From Conexivisphaerales archaeon (GTDB taxonomy: Archaea; Thermoproteota; Nitrososphaeria; Conexivisphaerales; DTJL01): a stretch of 12,925 nt of DNA. Below are positions 1 to 5,970 of this stretch, piece by piece; position 1 is the first letter of the stretch, and the number at the start of each line of letters is the position of its first letter. Location of the stretch: positions 1-12,925 of the forward strand of contig JBEKZX010000042.1 in the NCBI GenBank assembly GCA_049509455.1. Reading direction: 5' to 3'. The position numbers were made by a program, and so were the translations under genes. The notes under the pieces were generated by a model, which saw only the letters and a program-made list of their open reading frames with translations, was not told the DNA's origin and did no database searches.

Positions 1-147
1 GAAGCCCTTGGCCTCGAACCTGCTGATGACTTCACCCGTGAGCTTCCTTGCGAACGCGTCTGGCTTCACCAGCACCAGCGTCTTGTTCTTCAGCTCGTCA
101 GACGAGTAGGTCCCGACCTTGGTGATGTCAAATGCGCCGGCGCTCAA
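1..147 (-). CDS. ndk: Nucleoside diphosphate kinase, 5' part (runs off window)
   Basis: Manual translation gives [49 protein letters not shown], containing the NDK N-terminal motif [21 protein letters not shown] start (145-147) overlaps the rpl24e stop. This is the conserved position after rpl24e. Confidence 0.92.
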   Translation of the reverse strand, partial: MSAGAFDITKVGTYSSDELKNKTLVLVKPDAFARKLTGEVISRFEAKGF

Positions 148-338
148 ATGCCCTTTCCACCCTTGACGTGCTTGGAGGTCCACTTCAGCTTGCGTGGGTC
201 CCTCTTGAGCTTGAGCTGGTTCAGCCTGCACTTGTTGGAGCAGAAGTACAACACGGAGCCGTCGTTTCGCACGAACTGTCGGCCAGTCCCCGGTGTGACC
301 TCCTTGCCGCAGAAACTGCACTTCCTAAGAGACAGCAA
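144..338 (-). CDS. rpl24e: 50S ribosomal protein L24e
   Basis: [31 protein letters not shown] zinc motif and PRKLKWT. Start moved from 386 to TTG 338, which has GGAGG (347-351) 8 nt upstream and avoids overlap with rps28e. Confidence 0.95.
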   Translation of the reverse strand: MLSLRKCSFCGKEVTPGTGRQFVRNDGSVLYFCSNKCRLNQLKLKRDPRKLKWTSKHVKGGKGI

Positions 339-351
339 GAGCCATTCCTCC

Positions 352-570
352 CTACTTGATCTTCCTAGCTTCGCGCTCGGTCTCACGGAGAATGAGCGTA
401 TCCCCTGAGCGGATGGGCCCCTTCACGTTCCTCGTAAGTATTCGGCCTTTGTCCTTCCCCTCCAAGATCTTCACCCTGACCTGCGTGATTTCTCCCGCCA
501 CCCCTGTCCTGCCGACTATCTGTATGACTTCAGCTGGGGTCAGCTTCTCTTCGGAGGCCTTGCTGCTCAT
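352..570 (-). CDS. rps28e: 30S ribosomal protein S28e
   Basis: [53 protein letters not shown] is the S28e signature. Confidence 0.97.
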   Translation of the reverse strand: MSSKASEEKLTPAEVIQIVGRTGVAGEITQVRVKILEGKDKGRILTRNVKGPIRSGDTLILRETEREARKIK

Positions 571-576
571 CTAGGA

Positions 577-972
577 TCAGCCTGCCTGAATCTTGCTGAG
601 GCTTGTCAGTATCTGTTCCAGGAGAGGCTGCGCTTCGCCTGCCTCTGTAATGGCGCATGCCGCCGAGGGGACGTCCATCCCCATAGAGGCGCCCAACTGC
701 TGCTTGGATGCCACATACAGGAAGGGCACCTTCCTTTCGGTGCAGAGCATCGGGAGATGCGCGACGACTTCCGGAGGCTCTACGTCCTCGGCGACTACGA
801 CGAGCTTGGCCGTCCCCCTTTCTATGGCCTTGGTCGTCTCATTCGTCCCCTTCTTGACCTTCCCTGTCTGCTTAGCTTGACGTACCGCTTCGTATGCGGC
901 TTCGGCCAGCTCCTTCGGCGTCTCGAACTTCACGAAGTATGGTTTGCCAGCCGCTTTTTCCGACGGGGTCAT
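577..972 (-). CDS. rpl7ae: 50S ribosomal protein L7Ae
   Basis: KPYFVKFETPKEL...GKVKKGTNETTKAIERG.AKLVVVAEDVEPPEVVAHLP.LC.E is the L7Ae signature. First gene of the operon. Confidence 0.97.
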   Translation of the reverse strand: MTPSEKAAGKPYFVKFETPKELAEAAYEAVRQAKQTGKVKKGTNETTKAIERGTAKLVVVAEDVEPPEVVAHLPMLCTERKVPFLYVASKQQLGASMGMDVPSAACAITEAGEAQPLLEQILTSLSKIQAG

Positions 973-988
973 CTTTTCATACTCACCC
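965..988 (-). promoter_or_regulatory. Candidate k-turn/k-loop (L7Ae autoregulation site) covering the SD and start codon
   Basis: mRNA reads GGGUGA-GUAUGAAAAG-AUGA-CCCC: two GA steps, GGG/CCC stem, a U before the second GA. The AUG is the start codon. L7Ae binding to k-turns in its own 5' UTR is known in archaea. Confidence 0.5.
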
Positions 989-1014
989 TTGACCTCTACC
1001 GTGCAGAGAACCTG

Positions 1015-1027
1015 TTTTAACCTTTTC
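1015..1027 (-). promoter_or_regulatory. BRE + TATA box of the rpl7ae operon
   Basis: Minus strand GAAAAGG-TTAAAA, about 45 nt upstream of the ATG, predicting a ~20-nt leader. Confidence 0.6.
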
Positions 1028-1056
1028 AGAACTCACAGCGAGGCCGTCAGCGTGAG

Positions 1057-1330
1057 GTGAAGTACAACCCGACCTTCCCCGGTCCGATGGAGTCCACCCT
1101 CGCGAAGAAGAGCCTATCACGGCTACCCTGAGGAGCTCAAGGCCATCAAGCCCATGGAGATCGAGAAGGCGCTGGCCACCAAGCCCGCCGCCTTGTACAT
1201 AAGCTTGGGCGAGCTGGCCAAGGAACTCGGATATGCCGATGATGAAGAGATGCGCGGTCAGATTTCGACCCTGAAATTCCTCTCGACGGAAGACAAGGGA
1301 TACACCGTCGAGTATACGGTCAGGAAGTAA
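1057..1330 (+). pseudogene. Broken coding fragment of unknown family (two frames; downstream part is a 58-aa ORF at 1154-1330)
   Basis: Frame 1 reads VKYNPTFPGPMESTLAKK; after a +1 shift, AYHGYPEELKAIKPMEIEKALATKPAALYISLGELAKELGY...VRK*. Host-like codons (aag, gag, atc, ctc). Converges on mgsA with an 11-nt overlap. Confidence 0.35.
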
Positions 1331-1751
1331 GTCCTCTCTTCAATCTCTTGCGCTCATCTGTATAATGCTTCCAATCTCTGAACATAGAAGAAGAAATGAT
1401 GAAATCGGCAGTGCTTCGATTGCAGGCAATGGGAACGTCATACAGCACCGCCAGACGCAGGAGGGTCTTCACATCTACATCGTGAGGTTGAGGAGTCAGA
1501 GGATCCCAGAAAAATATGATTACGTCAACCCTTCCTTCAGCGGTCATCGTGCCTACTTGGGCGTCACCACCTAGAGGCCCAGAGAGAAGGAGGTTCACTG
1601 GCAAGCCACTTTCTTTCATGACCATCCTCCCCGTGCTCTCCGTGGCCCATATTTCGAACTCCTTCAAGGTCTCTTTGTTGTAGGCCACCCATTCGACCAT
1701 GCTTCTCTTCTTGGAATCATGGGCTACAAGGACTATCTTCTTCTCTTTCAT
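1320..1751 (-). CDS. mgsA: Methylglyoxal synthase
   Basis: LVAHDSKK, WATESTG, SGPLGGDAQVG, FFWDPLTPQPHDVDVKTLLR and NRSTAD motifs; the catalytic His/Asp residues of MgsA are present. Confidence 0.95.
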   Translation of the reverse strand: MKEKKIVLVAHDSKKRSMVEWVAYNKETLKEFEIWATESTGRMVMKESGLPVNLLLSGPLGGDAQVGTMTAEGRVDVIIFFWDPLTPQPHDVDVKTLLRLAVLYDVPIACNRSTADFIISSSMFRDWKHYTDERKRLKRGLTS

Positions 1752-2026
1752 GTGTGACCCTTAAAGCTACCGGACTCGGCCTATTATCATTATGGTCGCG
1801 ACCGATGTGCCTCCTTAAATGAAGCATACTGTCTAGTTTCTCATGCTTGCCGCAGTTCTGCGGGAATCTCGCTGTGAACTGCGTCCTACTAACCACCTTC
1901 CCGTCTTCTCTGAGCAGGCTATTACAGGGAGGTAGTAATTGAGGAGAAACACCGTCGGGGGGAGGAGGGGTATCGTGGAGAAGCCGTCAAGAGATTCCGA
2001 AAAAGAGTTTCCTCACAGGTGCACAG

Positions 2027-2404
2027 TCATCCACCCAGGAGTTCTCGTAGCTTCCCTTTAGCTTGATTGCCTTTTAGCGTATGGCCTTCTACGCTTATCC
2101 TGTTTTCAGATTCAGCTTTCAGAAACTGTTCTCTGCTTCTGGAACTGTACAGGTGCAGCAACGTGTCGAAGTCAGCGCGAACGGTGACATCTGGAGAACT
2201 CGATAGACCCGAGCCCACTAGGACTGAACCATCACCATGGATGATGATAGAACCGTCACCTTGATTGGTCAACAAGTTTGCCGTAAGCGGCGTAAGGAAA
2301 GAGAACGCCATCCGTTCGACAAAGCTCCGCCTTGCCAGCTCCGACTTGATTCTCGCCTGGGCTTCCTCCCTAACACGTTCAGCGAACTCGATGAAGGAAG
2401 TCAA
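2027..2404 (-). CDS. Hypothetical protein, probable SCP2-like lipid-binding domain
   Basis: 125 aa with TTG start. The pattern 'IIIHGDGSVLVGSG.SSSPDVTVRADFDTLLHL...F......RI.VEG' resembles the SCP2 C-terminal half. Confidence 0.55.
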   Translation of the reverse strand: MTSFIEFAERVREEAQARIKSELARRSFVERMAFSFLTPLTANLLTNQGDGSIIIHGDGSVLVGSGLSSSPDVTVRADFDTLLHLYSSRSREQFLKAESENRISVEGHTLKGNQAKGKLRELLGG

Positions 2405-2688
2405 GGCACTAAGGTATCACGAGATAAACGCTCTTAAGGGTTGAGGGGGAACACCCTTCAAGGTTCAATGGTAGCCCAATTCAATCAAGGCGTGATTCGC
2501 GCTGTATCAGCACCGTGACTCGGAACATCACACTCTTCATTGATCGTCCGTCTCTACCTTTCTTATGCCCACAACGGTCGAGACGACTACAACTAGGACT
2601 CCGCGCCAACCGGTCCCGTCTAGAATGCACAAGAAGGATCATCATAGCGCTTATACAGTTCCGTCGACACTAGGTCCTGGAGAGGATT

Positions 2689-2930
2689 ATGGCAAAGCTA
2701 ACTGCGGTCAAGAGAGAGCGATTGCCTGCGTCCCTTTACGCGTGCCCGATAGACCGCAAGCTTCCGATCAATGATGCGGCACACGTCAGAAATGCTATGG
2801 CCAGGCTTGACCAGGTGATCTCGGCGACTGTCACCCCGCAGAAGCAAGAAGGAGGATACTGGCTGCAGCCAAGAAGTACGGCGTAGACGTCACAGAGTTT
2901 CAAAAGGTAAAAACCTTCAAGAAAAAGTGA
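2689..2930 (+). pseudogene. DUF6582-like small protein, split by a -1 frameshift
   Basis: Frame 1: MAKLTAVKRERLPASLYACPIDRKLPINDAAHVRNAMARLDQV. The -1 frame (open from 2811) continues ..EARRRILAAAKKYGVDVTEFQKVKTFKKK* (TGA 2928-2930). Both halves match my recollection of the DUF6582 consensus. GGAGAGG lies before the ATG. Confidence 0.65.
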
Positions 2931-3075
2931 TAAGAACTGTTAGCGGAGACAAGGCCATGGGAGCTGACGCCAGGTACTGCTCCTCCTTGTTCAGCAGGAT
3001 TCATGGGACACCGTCCAAATGAGTTTGCGGGCGGCCGTAGAGGTCTTCGAACTACCGTAGATTTAGCCTCACCTA

Positions 3076-3093
3076 GCCGTCTTCAAAGACGGC
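3076..3093. repeat. Perfect inverted repeat GCCGTCTT-ca-AAGACGGC
   Basis: 8-bp perfect arms between convergent genes. No clear U-tract follows, so the function is undetermined. Confidence 0.6.
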
Positions 3094-3145
3094 GCCGCCA
3101 GACAGACAATCGGCTACATGAGATCTGGGGTGTAATCGCGTCTAT

Positions 3146-3331
3146 TCAGTGGTGTTCATCGTCCATACCCACTCCCACCTTCTTCCTGTAGGCTTTTTCA
3201 CTGCCCATCTCCTTGACCTGTGCAGGGGACTGGACGCCAGGAGTGGCATCGCGTATAGCATTCGTTCGGGCATCGTCGACCTTTCGGTTCCCCTTGGACT
3301 TTCCATCTCGACCCCCGTCAGACACGCTCAT
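3146..3331 (-). CDS. 61-aa hydrophilic hypothetical protein (likely disordered)
   Basis: Rich in G, K, D and R. TATAAGTA box (3353-3360) begins 29 nt upstream of the ATG, fitting a leaderless archaeal promoter. Confidence 0.5.
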   Translation of the reverse strand: MSVSDGGRDGKSKGNRKVDDARTNAIRDATPGVQSPAQVKEMGSEKAYRKKVGVGMDDEHH

Positions 3332-3389
3332 ACCTGTATTGACGGGCGGTCGTACTTATACTTCACCGTTCAATCCCTATGCTTCTTGG

Positions 3390-3638
3390 TCATCCCTTTC
3401 GTCCCCTCAAGTCGACGAGTCCCGACCCGAACTTCCCTTCGACTTCTTCCTTCATGACAATGGGGAGTCCCCTCTCCCTCCTTTCGAAGGACCCACACGA
3501 CGAGTAGAGGAAGACGTATGCTCCATATTTCAGGCAGACCAGCTCCCTCTCGAAGTCGGCCGCATGGGCACAGACCCTACAGTGGAGCGGGCGCACTCCT
3601 CCCCCTTCGAGATGCTTCAGGAAGTCAGGCGGCAGCAT
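3390..3638 (-). CDS. 82-aa Cys-rich hypothetical protein (putative metal binding)
   Basis: HCRVC-x11-C-x12-C pattern, coding-like codons, TTAAAG about 32 nt upstream. Confidence 0.55.
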   Translation of the reverse strand: MLPPDFLKHLEGGGVRPLHCRVCAHAADFERELVCLKYGAYVFLYSSCGSFERRERGLPIVMKEEVEGKFGSGLVDLRGRKG

Positions 3639-3739
3639 GTCTCAGACGCATATCTGCATTCCCTCTTTAACGGTCCACAGATTCGTTGTTCCTGTTGGCA
3701 GGGGAGGAGGGGTGTCCTGCCTCTGGGGAGTGATGATTC

Positions 3740-3937
3740 CTATCCTACGGACAGCTTCTCGATCTGCGCAGCAAGGTCGTAGAGCCTCCATCCCTTCTCC
3801 GTAAACCTGTACTCCACTGGACGGTATGGCTCATTCATCACCCGCTTCTCCACCGCCCTCTGGGCTTCCAACGCCTTGAGGCACCTCGACGTTGTCGTGG
3901 AGTAACCTACCATGCCCACCAGCTCGGTGTATTTCAT
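3740..3937 (-). CDS. Winged-helix DNA-binding protein, HxlR-like (possibly 5'-frameshifted)
   Basis: MKYTEL.......TTSRCLKALE....VEKRV....RPVEYRFTEKG matches the HxlR pattern (RFSEL...LS.RLKELE..G.V.R......VEY.LTEKG). Helix 1 is missing in frame. Confidence 0.8.
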   Translation of the reverse strand: MKYTELVGMVGYSTTTSRCLKALEAQRAVEKRVMNEPYRPVEYRFTEKGWRLYDLAAQIEKLSVG

Positions 3938-4002
3938 GGAGCCGTTCTCCTCTCGGTCTTAGCATAGAGAGAACCCTTACCACATTCAGGGCAGATGGTC
4001 AT
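3934..4002 (-). CDS. 22-aa mini-ORF MTICPECGKGSLYAKTERRTAP
   Basis: ATG overlaps the stop of 3999-4586 (ATGA), and its TGA overlaps the ATG of the winged-helix gene (ATGA). Contains one CPxCG motif. Confidence 0.4.
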   Translation of the reverse strand: MTICPECGKGSLYAKTERRTAP

Positions 4003-4586
4003 TTCGGGATACTATCCTTTAGCTTCGGTATTCTCTTCTGCAGCTTTTTCACAACTCTGTTGGTGCTGTCAATCTGTTGCTGGAGATTCAGTATCAGCTC
4101 CTTCATCTGTTCATGCTCTTTGTCGTGAATCGGCTTCAGGCTGAAGTCGCCATTGATGCGCCCTTCTGATTTCAGCACGATTATCATAGGGTACATTTCC
4201 TGCTCGATTGCTTTCTTGCTGCCTGCTCCGACGGCTGGTGCGTCGGCGTAAGACAGAACGAGATTCTTCAAGTTTGAGAATCGTTTGTCTTCTACGGCCT
4301 CATTCTCCCAAGTTTCCTGAAACGTGCTTGAAGTCTCGGCAGGTGTTCTCGGCTGTAACGACGAAAACTCGGCAGGTGTTCTCGGCTGTAACGACGAAAA
4401 CCCTCGGGTGTACCCCATCTGCGGTTCTGGGTTCGGCTTGAAGTGGGTCCTCTTCACCCGCTCCATGTTTGTTGTCCTGACCGTAATGGCCTGATTGATG
4501 TAGGAGGCCACGAAGTCCTCCACCATTCGATGTTTAGTAAATGCGTTGAAGTACGAAGGCAGCTGTTCAGCGTCTTCCTTCGGCAA
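3999..4586 (-). CDS. Hypothetical protein, 195 aa, with internal 11-aa duplication and C-terminal coiled coil
   Basis: Long ORF. TTG start has GGAGG 9 nt upstream, within the RHH gene. Contains FSSLQPRTPAE x2 and the heptad-like tail MKELILNLQQQIDSTNRVVKKLQKRI. Confidence 0.7.
   Translation of the reverse strand: MPKEDAEQLPSYFNAFTKHRMVEDFVASYINQAITVRTTNMERVKRTHFKPNPEPQMGYTRGFSSLQPRTPAEFSSLQPRTPAETSSTFQETWENEAVEDKRFSNLKNLVLSYADAPAVGAGSKKAIEQEMYPMIIVLKSEGRINGDFSLKPIHDKEHEQMKELILNLQQQIDSTNRVVKKLQKRIPKLKDSIPK
4335..4401. repeat. 33-bp perfect tandem duplication
   Basis: CTCGGCAGGTGTTCTCGGCTGTAACGACGAAAA at 4335-4367 and 4368-4400; preserves the reading frame. Confidence 0.97.
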
Positions 4587-4755
4587 TCTCCTTGGCCTCC
4601 TTCTTCAGAGCTTTCTGTTCCTTGATCCACAGCTCAATGGCTTCCTCAAACGCTTCCTTGAGTACTCCCTTATGCAATCCCTTTCGTTCAACCACGGCCT
4701 TCCTGAACCTCTCGTCCAGTTCATCTGACAGCTCGACTATCTCCTTCTTGCCCAT
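4567..4755 (-). CDS. Ribbon-helix-helix (CopG-like) DNA-binding protein
   Basis: Beta strand EIVELSDEL, helix ERFRKAVVER, turn, helix LKEAFEEAIELWI; 62 aa; typical of archaeal plasmid/virus RHH proteins. Confidence 0.75.
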   Translation of the reverse strand: MGKKEIVELSDELDERFRKAVVERKGLHKGVLKEAFEEAIELWIKEQKALKKEAKEIAEGRR

Positions 4756-4763
4756 AGCCGTAG

Positions 4764-4815
4764 TATGGCATATCCCTATACTTATAGTTGACCGCTACGT
4801 CCATATCCCAATATA
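4764..4815 (-). promoter_or_regulatory. RHH gene promoter with candidate operator repeats
   Basis: TATAAGTA at 4779-4786 (31 nt before the ATG) lies between two CATATCCC copies (4769-4776 and 4802-4809). Confidence 0.55.
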
Positions 4816-4977
4816 CATTACGCGCTCCTACCTAGTGATCGTAGCTGGACTGGTGCCTGCAGTGGGAGGTGTGGTGCTATATCGCAAGGGAAAGCCCGCT
4901 GGAAGAACGGCGTCCCCCGCCGCATCGGACGTGCCTGTGCCCGCGGCAGAAGAGTGCGGAGTGGAACCGTCTGATTC

Positions 4978-5214
4978 TCACGGCGTGCATACTCCAGTAA
5001 GGAATGGGGCCGGAGCATACGTGCCCGTCACGTTTGGGGTGACGCCTGCAGTGCTATTCAGGTTGTTGAATAACACCAGTGCGTAGCCACCGCAACCTTG
5101 AGTCGAACTGAAGTCGAATGAAAAGGAAGTACCTGTTTCGTTATGGATCGTCGCCACGGGTTTCCTATCGATCAAGTTTGAGAAGTTAGGTCCCTTATTG
5201 CGCGAATGGTTCAA
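4978..5214 (-). pseudogene. Possible fragment of a surface glycoprotein gene
   Basis: 78 aa, S/T/G/N-rich, with five N-x-S/T sequons (NHS, NFS, NET, NST, NVT). No signal peptide. The frame stays open in S/T/A/G-rich sequence beyond the TGA. Confidence 0.3.
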
Positions 5215-5635
5215 CGAAACTCACGACGGGTTGATGGCCGCAGCTTCGATGCCCGAATCGGAGCCGCCTACCGGAATCCTTCGTGGAAGCACTCGACATC
5301 TGCTGTTCCTGACCCTGACGGTTAGCATCGACTATCAGCGGGATGCATCTCAGCTGTGGGATGCCGCAAGGCAGACCATTGTTGACCCTGCGACGGCCTG
5401 GCTCTTCCAGCCGAGGACAGTCGGCTCCAAATCATTAGCAGAGATCCAAGCCGCCATGAGAGTCCACGCGCTTTCAAGGAAGCATGAAAAGGACTCCGTC
5501 ATCTGGAAGACCATCTGCACATCACTTGCCGAACTCTTCGATTCCGACCTCGCGATTCTGTTCAAGAAGTGCGACAACGACGCCATGATGCTGTACTGCG
5601 AAATGAGGAACGTCTATCCCTCGCGAAATCATTGA
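5198..5635 (+). pseudogene. N-terminal fragment of an HhH-GPD superfamily-like (glycosylase-like) protein
   Basis: MPE..P.GI.RGS..HLLFLTLTVSIDYQRDA..LW..AR....DP.T.WLF.P...HALSRK..KDS.IWKT matches a family I recall continuing into an HhH (FPYLRG.KI) and PVD-x-H motif. The ORF stops just before that point, at the convergent gene. Confidence 0.55.
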
Positions 5636-5964
5636 GCCATCCTGACTTCAAATTTATGACCCTTTCTCTTCAGGATGATAATCTTGCCCTTTAGGCTGTC
5701 GCGCCGTTCCGCCAATTTGTCGTCGAGAATAGCAATGCTGTTTGATAGGTCAGCCCATGAAGCATAGAGAGTGTAACGCTTGCCTTGGTAGTCTACTTCG
5801 CAAATAGGGGCACGCCTGCGGTATCCGATTTTGATGATGCGTGGGTCCGTCAGGATCTTGAGCCTGTGTTCCTTGCCCTCAACAAGCAGCTTGTTAACCG
5901 CTGGAGGGAATGTGGTAAGCTCTCGCCCGTAGGCTTGTTTGTTAATGGCTGAGCGTCTTACCAT
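5629..5964 (-). CDS. Hypothetical basic beta-rich protein, possible OB-fold ssDNA-binding protein
   Basis: 111 aa from ATG 5964. Beta strands followed by a helix, then SLKGKIIILKRKG..FEV; rich in aromatic and basic residues. Confidence 0.65.
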   Translation of the reverse strand: MVRRSAINKQAYGRELTTFPPAVNKLLVEGKEHRLKILTDPRIIKIGYRRRAPICEVDYQGKRYTLYASWADLSNSIAILDDKLAERRDSLKGKIIILKRKGHKFEVRMAQ

Positions 5965-5970
5965 ATGCAC

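Noticed and set aside
324-344. Out-of-frame mini-ORF MALAVS* just after the rpl24e GGAGG
   Set aside because: ATG is only 1 nt from the SD; the TTG at 338 has proper spacing.
132-1020. Plus-strand ORFs over the ribosomal protein operon
   Set aside because: Antisense to unambiguous genes.
1815-1935. TTAAAT followed 28 nt later by a 30-aa ORF MLAAVLRES..., reminiscent of a Zn-alcohol dehydrogenase start
   Set aside because: Resemblance is limited to ~8 residues with no continuation in any frame I checked.
2441-2461. Hairpin TTGAGGGG-gaaca-CCCTTCAA and nearby GGTTCAA
   Set aside because: No cloverleaf or other tRNA arms; a short hairpin with a G-U pair is expected by chance.
3213-3782. 189-aa plus-strand ORF (also 3003-3191, 3149-3457)
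   Set aside because: P/S-rich antisense of better-supported minus-strand ORFs that have their own TATA boxes.
4592-5086. 164-aa plus-strand ORF as a whole
   Set aside because: Its first half is antisense to the RHH gene and crosses its promoter; only the TM-like segment is noted as a finding.
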